Below are positions 43,467 through 52,475 of a DNA stretch of 56,530 nt, piece after piece; within the stretch, counting starts at the first letter, position 1; each line of letters opens with the position of its first letter. A program made the translations under genes and the position numbers. Location: the IMG/VR virus record IMGVR_UViG_3300018077_000001, positions 1-56,530 of that record, one strand, 5' to 3'. The notes under the pieces are model-generated. The model had not been told where the DNA came from. It did not search any database and saw only the letters and a list, made by a program, of their open reading frames with translations. This DNA is from a virus. Its lineage: Duplodnaviria > Caudoviricetes.

Positions 43467-43670
43467 TTAGGATGCCGAATCCGCTCCTTCGGAATTGCTG
43501 TCCGGTTCAACTGGCCGAATCGCCGCGAACGTGTCCACCACATAGTTCGAAAAGTGCATCAGCCGGAAGTCTCGTTTCCCTCGCACCCGGCCAACATACA
43601 AGACCCATTCTCTGATCTTGTACAACTTCCACATCGAGCCGGCCGTGAACTGCCGGGCATACTCTTTCAT
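43467..43670 (-). CDS. Hypothetical protein
   Basis: ATGA-coupled to the deacetylase gene. Confidence 0.45.
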   Translation of the reverse strand: MKEYARQFTAGSMWKLYKIREWVLYVGRVRGKRDFRLMHFSNYVVDTFAAIRPVEPDSNSEGADSAS

Positions 43671-44437
43671 ATCGGCTGCACTCCAATCCTCGGCCGCCGC
43701 TTCCGCTCCTCTTCGAGCCTGATCTGCTGCGCTCTCAGGCTGTGCCAGAGATCCGTCACCATCAATGACGACGACCGGCGCAGGTACAACAGGTGGTTGA
43801 TCAACTCATGGTCCGCCAGCCGTGCATGCGTCAACACGATCTGGTCGGACTGAATCGGCCGGCCCCAACGCCACTCGGTCAGATCGTTTGACCAACCGAT
43901 CGGCCGCAGCCCGTTGTCTTTCGCCATCTCCATAAACGCGTCGGTGAACAGACCCCACGGTGCTCGGGCGTACATGCCGAGCCACGGAACCTCGGCCTCC
44001 GGCGCGGGTTTGCCTTCCCAGCCCCATATCCGCACAAACGTCTCGATCCACTCGTCGTAGTCAGCCTGCCACTGCGCCCGCTTCCACTTCACCACTGTCT
44101 CGATCACTTCGTGCCGCATCGAGTGATAGGCAATCTCATGATTCCCGAACCACATCAGGTAGCGCAGCTCCTCGGCCCGATCCCACTCACTGAAATTGCG
44201 AAGCATCGGCTGCCCGATCAGGAACCACGTCGCGTACACCCACGACTGACGCAGGTTTTCCAGCATGATCCGCATGACCATCGGCTCCCAGCCGTCGTCA
44301 ATCGTCAGCGTCACGATCTCGCCGCCCGGGATCTCCGTCAGCACCCCATCAGGAAACGTCATGCCCCGCTGCTGGACGATCGGGCTGGCGGCAACCGCGC
44401 CGCTCAGCTTCAAGAAGTCACGCCGATTCATCTTCAA
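43667..44437 (-). CDS. NodB/CE4 polysaccharide deacetylase with Tat signal
   Basis: NRRDFLK Tat motif; LTIDDG, ATWFLIG, HEIAYHSMRH, RAPWG, IVLTH. Confidence 0.87.
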   Translation of the reverse strand: MKMNRRDFLKLSGAVAASPIVQQRGMTFPDGVLTEIPGGEIVTLTIDDGWEPMVMRIMLENLRQSWVYATWFLIGQPMLRNFSEWDRAEELRYLMWFGNHEIAYHSMRHEVIETVVKWKRAQWQADYDEWIETFVRIWGWEGKPAPEAEVPWLGMYARAPWGLFTDAFMEMAKDNGLRPIGWSNDLTEWRWGRPIQSDQIVLTHARLADHELINHLLYLRRSSSLMVTDLWHSLRAQQIRLEEERKRRPRIGVQPI

Positions 44438-44777
44438 TCTCCGCCGGCTTTCCGATCAGCACCCGCTTCACTGCATCTCGATAGTCGCGCGGGCCATCAA
44501 ACTTGCTGTAATCCAACGCTAACGCTGCTTCCATCCGTTCCCTCAGCTGCCGATTCTGAATCCGCATCATCCTCACGCGGGCCAGATACTCCCGCCCCGG
44601 CTCCGTCGTATCCAGCGCCTTGTCCGCGCACTGCTCAAACCAAGTGGCCGTGTCCAGCAACTTTTCCTCGAGCGCATCCGCGCGATCACCCAGCGTAAGA
44701 AAAACGCCGCTCAACCCCGGACACGCTGCCGACAACGCCCTGATTGCGTCACCCAACCTCACTCGTAGCTCAGCCAT
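44418..44777 (-). CDS. Hypothetical helical protein
   Basis: GGAGG RBS. Confidence 0.55.
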   Translation of the reverse strand: MAELRVRLGDAIRALSAACPGLSGVFLTLGDRADALEEKLLDTATWFEQCADKALDTTEPGREYLARVRMMRIQNRQLRERMEAALALDYSKFDGPRDYRDAVKRVLIGKPAEIEDESA

Positions 44778-44813
44778 CGGTTTCCTCCTCCGTCTGAATT
44801 ACCCACAGTCCAC

Positions 44814-45281
44814 TTAACTTTGCCGCGTCCAGACCCCGCAGCCGAAACTCTCGAAGACCCGATCTCCACCTATGATCTCGACTAGGTTGTGAAACGAGCC
44901 GTAGTCATAGAGCCGCGTGCTGCCGCCGCCGTAGCCGGTCGAGAGGCGTGTGCCGACCTTCCAACCACACTCAAAGTCCAAACTCCCATCTGCCTGTGTA
45001 ATGACAACCCCGCCCGTATTGACGTAGAGGCCACGCGCGATCTGCACACCGACGAGCCAAACACCATCGGTGAACTGAACCCCCAGCCCATCCTCGTCCG
45101 CAGCAAGAATCTGCTGGTCAACGATCGGCGTCGCCGGAACGACCCGCGTGACTTCATAGGGAACCTCCACGATCACGTCGTGAGGAACCTCGACCTCCCG
45201 AGTTACTTCCACTTCCACTGCTTGCGGTTCCGCACAACTTACCAACAACAGTCCAATCAACAGCACCAATCCGTGTTTCAT
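44814..45281 (-). CDS. Lipoprotein
   Basis: Lipobox LLVS-C; VEVTREVEV linker; DGVWLVG..I..G.Y...FESFGCG.W. Confidence 0.8.
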   Translation of the reverse strand: MKHGLVLLIGLLLVSCAEPQAVEVEVTREVEVPHDVIVEVPYEVTRVVPATPIVDQQILAADEDGLGVQFTDGVWLVGVQIARGLYVNTGGVVITQADGSLDFECGWKVGTRLSTGYGGGSTRLYDYGSFHNLVEIIGGDRVFESFGCGVWTRQS

Positions 45282-45305
45282 TTTGCCTCCTTGTAGGCAA
45301 CTGTC

Positions 45306-45569
45306 TCATAGCAGACTCGCTTGTCTTGGCTCTTTCTTCCACTTCTCAAATCCAGTGTTCGCTCTGTCTTTGACAGCATCGTCAAGATGGTGACTTGGCA
45401 GTATGCTCAAATTCTGCTCGGCCCACTCAAACGCCTCCTGCCACGTCGCCCACCGGAGCTGATAGTCGTCCTGATCGAAGAACGTCTCGCGGCCACGCTG
45501 CAGGAAGTACGGCCGGCCGGTCTTGTGGCCGGGTTCGCAGACCAGCACCAGCGGATCAGTAAGGCTCAC
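45306..45569 (-). CDS. Hypothetical protein
   Basis: GTGA-coupled. Confidence 0.55.
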   Translation of the reverse strand: MSLTDPLVLVCEPGHKTGRPYFLQRGRETFFDQDDYQLRWATWQEAFEWAEQNLSILPSHHLDDAVKDRANTGFEKWKKEPRQASLL

Positions 45570-45886
45570 GTCGTCTCCTCTTTCACGCCCCCAAGTGCTT
45601 CGTAGGCGACTAGCGTACTCTCCCGCTCACGCTCACTCATGCCTGCCCAACCGGTCCGGGCCTCCTCTTCGGTTTCCACAATTCCAGCTATCTTCTGCAG
45701 GAAGACGATTGCCCGCACCCCAAGCGCCACATGCCGTCTCACGAAGACACTCTCATTCTCAAGCTCAGCAACCTTCTCGATTATCCGCTGAAACTCGGCT
45801 GACTCCCTGAACGACAGATTGTCTCGGTGCCACAGCATCCGCTCCAGCCGGGCGAGTGCTTCGCTCAACGTCTCATCCTTGGTCAT
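45566..45886 (-). CDS. Hypothetical protein
   Basis: GAGG RBS; operon packing. Confidence 0.55.
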   Translation of the reverse strand: MTKDETLSEALARLERMLWHRDNLSFRESAEFQRIIEKVAELENESVFVRRHVALGVRAIVFLQKIAGIVETEEEARTGWAGMSERERESTLVAYEALGGVKEETT

Positions 45887-46292
45887 ACCTCGGCCTCACT
45901 TTCAACGGCGCGCCAGCGATGAAATTCGCCAGCTCAATCCCGCCGTAGATCAACGACACCCGTTCCATGAACCACTTCCGATACCCCTTGCTATGCCCGA
46001 ACCGCATGTGCGACCACTCGCACATCAAGCTGCAATTCAGCTCGCTCCAGAAGTACCGCTTCTCGCCATCGGTCAGGTGCTTGATGTCCTCTCGCGTGAA
46101 GATCACCTCGTTCAAGTGCAGACCTGCGCTGCACTTCTGATGTTCATGCTCGACATACGCCACGGCCTCGCACCTCCGAATGGAGCTGCCCCACCGACGC
46201 TTGTCGGCCAGCAACGCTTCTTTCACTGCACGACGTTCGGGGATCACTCCATCCTCAACTGCAGTGGGATGCCGGACTTCCGTCGCTCCCAC
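45873..46292 (-). CDS. Cys/His-rich HNH-like protein
   Basis: CE..C...LHLNE...NCSLMCEWSH...H; start uncertain. Confidence 0.5.
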   Translation of the reverse strand: MGATEVRHPTAVEDGVIPERRAVKEALLADKRRWGSSIRRCEAVAYVEHEHQKCSAGLHLNEVIFTREDIKHLTDGEKRYFWSELNCSLMCEWSHMRFGHSKGYRKWFMERVSLIYGGIELANFIAGAPLKVRPRYDQG

Positions 46293-46633
46293 TCATAGAA
46301 CGGCACCGCCCGCCACTTGATCGACCGCCCTGCGTTCTTCGTCATGCCGTATTCGGTTGACGCCTCCACCAACCCGAGATTGACAAGCTCATGGCGTCGA
46401 GTCCGCACTCCCGATTCCGACATCTTCACCCCGTTCGACTGCATCACCCCGATCAGGGCCTCGTCCGTCATCGCGCCCCACCGCGACAGGAACACATACA
46501 CCCGAGCTTGACTCTCCCGAATACCATACACCGACTGTGCGGCGGACCACGACGTTTCGGGGTCTCCCCGCCGCGCGACCACGTGCGCCCCGCCTTCCTC
46601 TCTCAGTGCGTCAACCAACGGGCCGCGGGTCAC
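46244..46633 (-). CDS. Winged-helix DNA-binding protein
   Basis: ARRGDPETSWSAA...MTDEAL...SESGVRTRRHELV..GLV. Confidence 0.8.
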   Translation of the reverse strand: MTRGPLVDALREEGGAHVVARRGDPETSWSAAQSVYGIRESQARVYVFLSRWGAMTDEALIGVMQSNGVKMSESGVRTRRHELVNLGLVEASTEYGMTKNAGRSIKWRAVPFYEWERRKSGIPLQLRME

Positions 46634-46979
46634 GAATTTCCTCCTTCTTAAGTCTCACCCATTCCAAGACCTGCTCCCGCGAACCCCACGCTCCCTGCGG
46701 CACCTGCAAATACACCCACATCACGATCCTCGGCAACAGGATCATGTTCGCGCTGTCGGCGGCGTTCACTGCTTTCGACAGGTTGTTCTCCAACACAGCA
46801 GTCAGGAAGCTGCCCGGAACATAGCCAAGCTCCAGATACATCTTCATCCCATCGCGCAGACTCTCGGGCAGCCCGCTGTAATCGACCTCCTTCACGCCGC
46901 CAAAGTTTGTCGTCAGCACCTTGAACTGCTCTAACGGCCACAGACTCGGCACGGTCAGCACTTCATCAAGTATTGTCAC
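46611..46979 (-). CDS. Conserved phage hypothetical protein
   Basis: G..PGSFLTAVLENNL..AV..AD..N...WGS. Confidence 0.8.
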   Translation of the reverse strand: MTILDEVLTVPSLWPLEQFKVLTTNFGGVKEVDYSGLPESLRDGMKMYLELGYVPGSFLTAVLENNLSKAVNAADSANMILLPRIVMWVYLQVPQGAWGSREQVLEWVRLKKEEIRDPRPVG

Positions 46980-47326
46980 AACGGACTCCCTTCTCTCTCA
47001 CTGACTCTCGGCCCCTCCGTTTCGCCCAGGATGCTCTGCACGTCCACAACCGCACCGTGCTCCAGGGCATCGAATGTCTGCACAATATAGCGGTGCGCCT
47101 CGGGCATGGTCCGCGCAGACCCCCGCCAATTATCAGGGCTGTACTGACACTCCAGCCCTTCCAGGCGTATCAGTAAGACGTACCTCCCTTGCTCATCTGG
47201 CCGAATACCGAAGCCGGCTCTCGCCAGCAAATAGCGGTCGGCCTCATGGTACGGCTCCAACTTGATCGCCAGAGCTGGGATGAACGTCATCTTGTCCCTG
47301 ATTTCGAACGTCTTGACCTTCATCAT
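46976..47326 (-). CDS. Conserved phage hypothetical protein
   Basis: FEIRDKMTFIPALAI...RTMPEAH.YI...G.VVDV. Confidence 0.8.
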   Translation of the reverse strand: MMKVKTFEIRDKMTFIPALAIKLEPYHEADRYLLARAGFGIRPDEQGRYVLLIRLEGLECQYSPDNWRGSARTMPEAHRYIVQTFDALEHGAVVDVQSILGETEGPRVSEREGSPL

Positions 47327-48123
47327 GCACCTTCCGAGAGCCAGTCGATCAGCTCAGCCAGCCGCGATCGCGCACCGTCTTCCTGCTCGGGAATCAACTT
47401 CAACGTTTCCTTCAGCCGGGCGATCACCGTGTCCCTCCACGGCGTCGCCGCGGATCCAAACACCGAGGCCGGCAGCTGCTCCATCTCGTTCACCGCTCGG
47501 GCCGACTTCTCGACCTTTACATCGCTCATCGTGACCCGGCCGTCCTTCTTGAACTTCCGCATCAGCCGAACCTGCGCCGGGCCGGGCAGCTTCGCAAGCG
47601 CCTCGGCCACTGACACCGCAATCTTGCCATCGGCCAGAGCAGCCCGGAACGGACCTTTCAGATTCTGCAACTGTAGCCGCTTCTCGATCGTGGCCTGCGG
47701 CAGACCGGTCGCCTTCCGAATCTGCTGCATCGAGGCACCCTTCTTCCACAACGCCTCGATCGCCTCCAACTCGGCGGCCGGGTTGTCCGATCGCAGGCGG
47801 TTGAGTGAGATCGTCAGCACGGCATCCATCGAGAGCAGGCCATCGTCCTCGTACACCCGCGCCTGCACATCCCTCAACTCGGCCTTCCGAGCTGCCTTCA
47901 CTCGCCGCCGCCCATCCACGATCTCGAACAACAGCGGCCCTTTCTCGATCAGCACAATCGGGAACACGACGCCAAACCGCCGCACGCTATCCACAAACTC
48001 AGCGGTCGGTTCTGGCCCCGGCATATCCTCGGGCAGATCCTGCAGCATCACCCGCTTGATCTTCCCGGCCGGAACATTCTCCGGCAAGAACTTGTCCAAC
48101 GCCATCTGTTCGTCAGCCATCAT
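47323..48123 (-). CDS. ParB/RepB/Spo0J-family protein
   Basis: SVRRFGVVFPIV..IVDGRRRVKAA..N..R.D; HTH SMQQIRKATG. Confidence 0.88.
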   Translation of the reverse strand: MMADEQMALDKFLPENVPAGKIKRVMLQDLPEDMPGPEPTAEFVDSVRRFGVVFPIVLIEKGPLLFEIVDGRRRVKAARKAELRDVQARVYEDDGLLSMDAVLTISLNRLRSDNPAAELEAIEALWKKGASMQQIRKATGLPQATIEKRLQLQNLKGPFRAALADGKIAVSVAEALAKLPGPAQVRLMRKFKKDGRVTMSDVKVEKSARAVNEMEQLPASVFGSAATPWRDTVIARLKETLKLIPEQEDGARSRLAELIDWLSEGA

Positions 48124-48132
48124 CCTCTCCCT

Positions 48133-48369
48133 TCATCCTGTTTGAATGATACGACCGTGAGCACAGTGAACGTGATGCTTGTACTCGCCGCAAGAGCACT
48201 GGCCGTCCTCGGGATAACAGAGGAACGAATTGTTCTCATCGTGCTCTTGCATGCACCACTCTTGAATCAGTGCGACCGGAGATTCGGCGGGCATGCTCCG
48301 CTCTGAGTCCTCGTAGATCACCAGCTCGACCTCCTTTCCTTCATCCGACAGAACCTTCACTCGTTTCAT
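48133..48369 (-). CDS. Cys/His-rich hypothetical protein
   Basis: DGQCSCG.YKHHVHC. Confidence 0.65.
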   Translation of the reverse strand: MKRVKVLSDEGKEVELVIYEDSERSMPAESPVALIQEWCMQEHDENNSFLCYPEDGQCSCGEYKHHVHCAHGRIIQTG

Positions 48370-48568
48370 TCGGCCTCCTCTCCAGCCTCTTGATTTCCTC
48401 CAGCTTCCTCTCCCCTTCTCGGTACGCCCACTTCAGCGCATACAGCAGATCGGACACATCGTCTAGGCTCAATGACCAATTGCCAAAATCTACTGTATTC
48501 GAGATCCGAACCCAAATCGGAGACGGCTCGCTGACATTGATCTCGAACATTCCCACTCGCTTGAACAT
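48341..48568 (-). CDS. Hypothetical protein
   Basis: TGATG-coupled. Confidence 0.55.
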   Translation of the reverse strand: MFKRVGMFEINVSEPSPIWVRISNTVDFGNWSLSLDDVSDLLYALKWAYREGERKLEEIKRLERRPNETSEGSVG

Positions 48569-49326
48569 CAGTCCTCCACCAGATCAACGGGCAGTCCGCT
48601 ATTGCTGGCGACCTCCATCCCACGCTCATGCCGCTTGCCTTCCGCGTCCCGCACCACCGCGAGACGGTGGATGGGGAAACTGCCGAAGATGGCGGGGCTG
48701 TACTCCGGCATGTGACCTTCGGGCCTAAGCACCGCGTCGTACACGAACGCCGGCATCGCGACCGTCACATCCCGCGGATTCTCGGCCACGACCTCGGCCT
48801 TTTCGTTCGGCTCAATATCCTGCCACCACAGTCCCGCGCAGCAGATCTTCGTCTGACTCGGCGGCGGAACGTGATCATCCGGGCCACCCTTTGGACAGTG
48901 CAACCATCCCAAGCCGGGCACCTGCCGCCACTCGTCGTAGTACGCCGCCCGCTGTTCGATCCATGCCTTTCGATGCACCAGCACCCACCGACTCGCCGGC
49001 GTCAGCTTCGCGAAGTCGAACTGCTTCGGGATCGGGCCGCGGCTCAGCCCATACCGCCGCACTTCCTCGAGAAACCCAGCGATGTCTGGGTAGTGCGTCT
49101 CTCCCACCCAATCAAACACGTGCCACGCCCCATCTCGCTCGATCATCCGCAGACCGACCGGCGACAACCCGATCTCCTCCGGCACGATCGGTAACGGCGG
49201 GTCGACGATGAAATACTCCAGCGGATAGCCCTCTTCGCCCAGCCCCGCCAGCCCACACTCCATGTAGACCCCGCCCTTCTTACGCGTTCCACACCCTCGT
49301 CTCACTGCGGTTGCAAACGTCGGCAT
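48568..49326 (-). CDS. Conserved hypothetical protein
   Basis: RGCG.RKKGGVY...WVGETHYP...FLEEVRRYGLSR. Confidence 0.8.
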   Translation of the reverse strand: MPTFATAVRRGCGTRKKGGVYMECGLAGLGEEGYPLEYFIVDPPLPIVPEEIGLSPVGLRMIERDGAWHVFDWVGETHYPDIAGFLEEVRRYGLSRGPIPKQFDFAKLTPASRWVLVHRKAWIEQRAAYYDEWRQVPGLGWLHCPKGGPDDHVPPPSQTKICCAGLWWQDIEPNEKAEVVAENPRDVTVAMPAFVYDAVLRPEGHMPEYSPAIFGSFPIHRLAVVRDAEGKRHERGMEVASNSGLPVDLVED

Positions 49327-49327
49327 C

Positions 49328-49549
49328 TCATGCCTCCTTGCCCACGTCCAACAGATACTCGGCCCTGCTGATCGTGTAAGCGATCAGCTCCCCGGGGCCG
49401 TTGCCTTCTTCGTCCATCATCGGGATCAGCTTGGTCCCGTCATCCAGCACGATGATCACCGGCGAACGGTCCCACCCACGCTGACGCAACTCGGTCTTGC
49501 TGAACTCCGTCAAGCCGACGATTGTCCGGCCGATCAACTTCACAGTCAT
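49328..49549 (-). CDS. Hypothetical protein
   Basis: GGAGG RBS; LDDGT..PMMDEEGNGPG. Confidence 0.7.
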   Translation of the reverse strand: MTVKLIGRTIVGLTEFSKTELRQRGWDRSPVIIVLDDGTKLIPMMDEEGNGPGELIAYTISRAEYLLDVGKEA

Positions 49550-49550
49550 G

Positions 49551-49769
49551 TCACACCTCCGGGTCGAACCACTGGAGCGCACCCGAGAAACCGAACTTCT
49601 CACGCTCGCGCTCACCGATCACACGAAACGGATACGTTCCGGGTTGGGAGGTCAGTCCCCCGAAGCTCGCATCCCTCACCACGGCGAACCTCCGTCCCTG
49701 CGCGTTCGCGTACTTCTGCGCCCGTTTCGCCGCTTCTTCCAACGCCTCGGCCTCACGCATCTTCGCCAT
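49551..49769 (-). CDS. Hypothetical protein
   Basis: AAGGAG RBS. Confidence 0.65.
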   Translation of the reverse strand: MAKMREAEALEEAAKRAQKYANAQGRRFAVVRDASFGGLTSQPGTYPFRVIGEREREKFGFSGALQWFDPEV

Positions 49770-50015
49770 CTCCTTTCAACTGTGCTTGCAGAAACCGCTG
49801 CACCGACCACGCCTCCACAATCACATCACCCCTTTCCACCAGCTTCTCGTCTTTCAACCTCAGGATGATTTCATTCGCAACCCGGTTCACTTCCTGACTG
49901 ACCAGCGTTCGCAACGCTTCGAGCCTCAGGTCTAGCTCGGGCGCGTAGATCGTGACCTCGACCCGCGCCCACTCGACCATTTTGCTCCCACCAACCGACT
50001 TCACACGCCGCCTGC

Positions 50016-50534
50016 TCATAACCTGCGCCACTCCTCCAACTTCAGCACTTCAAACGCCGCGGCCGCGTTCTCAACGTTGCGGCCATCGACCTGCCGCGTG
50101 CCACGAAGGAAGTGAAAGCCCTCGTGCGCCATGATCACAACAACCGCCTCCTCGACGGTAGCGACAATCAGCTTACGCCGCACCCTCATCCACTGCTTGC
50201 CAGTCCTGCCGTTCATCGAATAACCGGCTTCCTCGACCCCCTCGGGAATCGGAGGCCACGTCCCATCCTCGTTTCGGTACAACGGCTTCAACCACATCCA
50301 ATTCCAAAACGGTGGCGGGCCTGCGACGTGACAGCTGATCCGATGCTGCAAGCCTTTCTTCGGCCTCGGCGGATACCAATGGCCCCACCACGTCGAATTA
50401 CCAGCGCCCGACCCTGCGTCCAGCCGAACGACATCCAGCTTCGACAGATCAAACGTCTCCATCCACTCCCGCGACCACAGATACCCTGCGTTGCCGCGAT
50501 ACTCGGGCGCAATCTTCCACTGCGTCATCGCCAC
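50016..50534 (-). CDS. HExxH zincin-like protein
   Basis: VVVIMAHEGFHFL with a downstream Glu (VENAA). Confidence 0.65.
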   Translation of the reverse strand: MAMTQWKIAPEYRGNAGYLWSREWMETFDLSKLDVVRLDAGSGAGNSTWWGHWYPPRPKKGLQHRISCHVAGPPPFWNWMWLKPLYRNEDGTWPPIPEGVEEAGYSMNGRTGKQWMRVRRKLIVATVEEAVVVIMAHEGFHFLRGTRQVDGRNVENAAAAFEVLKLEEWRRL

Positions 50535-50662
50535 AACCTCCGGACGATCTTGCGGCCGATCAACTTGTTCACCGCTCGCTTGGCGATCCGCTTCGGACTG
50601 CCGCTGGCGACCGCCTGCGCGTCGCCCAAGATCCGTGCGAGCCAGTACAGTCGGCGTCTCAC
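50525..50662 (-). CDS. Small basic protein
   Basis: LYWLARILGD.QAV.SG...KR..NK.IGR; GGAGG RBS. Confidence 0.65.
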   Translation of the reverse strand: MRRRLYWLARILGDAQAVASGSPKRIAKRAVNKLIGRKIVRRLWR

Positions 50663-50663
50663 G

Positions 50664-50889
50664 CTAACCCTCCAGCCGCCACGGAACGCCCTCATCACCG
50701 GGCATCTGCTCGCCAAAGTCATTCGTCCAACCGAGGAAACGGTCACTCTCGGCCTCGGTCAGCTGACCGTCGTCAAGCGCCGCCTGCAACTGAGCAATCG
50801 CCATCTCGTCCAGATCGACCGACTCAAACGGCTCTTGCATCAGCTGGGACACGCTCTCCGCCAATTCCATCGACCGATACTTTGGCATC
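50664..50889 (-). CDS. Small acidic hypothetical protein
   Basis: GGAGG RBS before MPKYRS; coordinates approximate. Confidence 0.55.
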
Positions 50890-51132
50890 TCAGTCCTCCA
50901 TCTCCCATGACCCTTCATTGATCCCAACGAACACGCCGGGCTGGTAGAACACGCCCATGTGACTCGCACCATTCACGAACGTCGCCCGGAACAACATGGA
51001 CGTGCTGTCGATCCCCATGATCTCGACCTGAGCGACCGACTGGATCTCGTCCATCAACCGATCGACCACGACCTCCGGGTTCAGCTGTCCGACTTTCCTG
51101 TTCAGATCCATCTCACGCCTCCTGCTCGACAA
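50890..51132 (-). CDS. Hypothetical protein
   Basis: AGGAGG RBS near an internal ATG. Confidence 0.55.
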   Translation of the reverse strand: MSSRRREMDLNRKVGQLNPEVVVDRLMDEIQSVAQVEIMGIDSTSMLFRATFVNGASHMGVFYQPGVFVGINEGSWEMED

Positions 51133-51388
51133 CGGCTACCAAGAAACTGTCTTGCGGCCATGCTCGGTAATGATCCGCCGTTTCCCGCAACGTCGCCCTA
51201 ACCCCCGCGTGCAGCAACGCCTCAACCACCTTGTCCCCCCAACTCTGAGCCGTGGCCCCGAACCGGTAAAAGTAGCCCCGCTTGACGCTCACCATTCCGT
51301 CCTTGTGGCAAACCACCTGATCAGGGATCGCCTCCGTCGTGCTGTCCAACGCTTTCTTCACTGCCTTCTGGAACGCTGTGTGGGCCAT
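51113..51388 (-). CDS. Hypothetical protein, first gene after repeat promoter
   Basis: MAHTAFQK... with AAGGAG RBS. Confidence 0.75.
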   Translation of the reverse strand: MAHTAFQKAVKKALDSTTEAIPDQVVCHKDGMVSVKRGYFYRFGATAQSWGDKVVEALLHAGVRATLRETADHYRAWPQDSFLVAVVEQEA

Positions 51389-51394
51389 CTTCCC

Positions 51395-51453
51395 ATCTCC
51401 TTTCATCCTGCCATAAGCATAGCAGGTTGGCGGGGGTTTGTCAATGAGTAATG
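51395..51453 (-). promoter_or_regulatory. Repeat-family promoter with RBS leader
   Basis: CATTACTCA-TTGACA(51439-51444)-17 nt-TATGCT; AGGATGAAAGGAGAT leader. Confidence 0.88.
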
Positions 51454-51593
51454 GGGGGTTAGGAAAGGTGCCCCCATATAAGGAGCGTGGCGGACCTTTA
51501 TTGGCCTTTTGGGGCGTCCGGGGCGGGGTTTGGGTGATAGGTATAGGGTGGCCCTGTGTAGGGGCCTGAAATGAGCCGTTTTCACGACTGCCT

Positions 51594-52475
51594 CTATTGG
51601 TCCCGATACTCTTTCGCGAACCGCAGCAATTCGGTCCGCATCTCCTCTTCCCGGTCAACTGCTTCCTGCCACAGATCTTCGTCGCGCAAATTGATAACGG
51701 CTGACCTCACCAATTCAGCCAACTCGGTCGGCTCGATCGCATCCAACTCCCAAGAGGAATCGCCAAACTGATCGACGTAGACGGCCGCCCGGGAATCAGT
51801 CATCTTGGCCGGGTTGGGTGGAGGGTTCCACTGCTCAATCTGATCCATTGTCAACGCCAGCCGCCCCACTTCGATCCGTTGCCGGCTGAACATTTCCAAC
51901 CGATCCAGCACGTCCCGGTCCATGTCCAACCCGCTCGGATCGTGGTCGCCCAAATAGATCACATGCACGTCTTTGCCCTCATCCACCGACTGTTCGATTC
52001 GCTTCCCAATGTCGTAGAAGTGCGACAGCGAACTGTAGCCGCGGTTGGCCGTAAACCGAACGTCCAGGTCCGCACAGACCGGTTCCAGCACCCCGCTCAA
52101 CGCATCCTTCTCGACCATGACCTCCACGTGGTTGCTCTGCTCGGCCCACTTCTCAATCCGGAACGCTTGCGCCGCTGTGTCCACAATCTCAGCCGGGTCT
52201 TCCCAATGCGAGCCATAGATCGTCGAACGCACCCGGTCTTCGATCAGGCTCCAGTCGATCAGCCCGGCCAGACGCCCACTGCCGATCACACCCACGATCC
52301 GCTTGTACGACTGCTGCGTATTTTCAATCAGACCCCGCGAGACGAATTGGTAGAACAACTGGCGCACGGTCAGCACGAACCCCTGCGCCCGGTACTCCTC
52401 TAAGATCACGTTCGCTCCCCCGATCAGCTTCAGCGTGTCTTCCTGCAAGCCCTTCGACTCAAACTGCTCTCTCAT
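51594..52475 (-). CDS. Topo VI A/Spo11/JetD-like winged-helix + TOPRIM protein
   Basis: LTVRQLFYQ; VEVMVEKDAL; RGYSS; YLGDHDPSG; WELDAI. Confidence 0.85.
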   Translation of the reverse strand: MREQFESKGLQEDTLKLIGGANVILEEYRAQGFVLTVRQLFYQFVSRGLIENTQQSYKRIVGVIGSGRLAGLIDWSLIEDRVRSTIYGSHWEDPAEIVDTAAQAFRIEKWAEQSNHVEVMVEKDALSGVLEPVCADLDVRFTANRGYSSLSHFYDIGKRIEQSVDEGKDVHVIYLGDHDPSGLDMDRDVLDRLEMFSRQRIEVGRLALTMDQIEQWNPPPNPAKMTDSRAAVYVDQFGDSSWELDAIEPTELAELVRSAVINLRDEDLWQEAVDREEEMRTELLRFAKEYRDQ

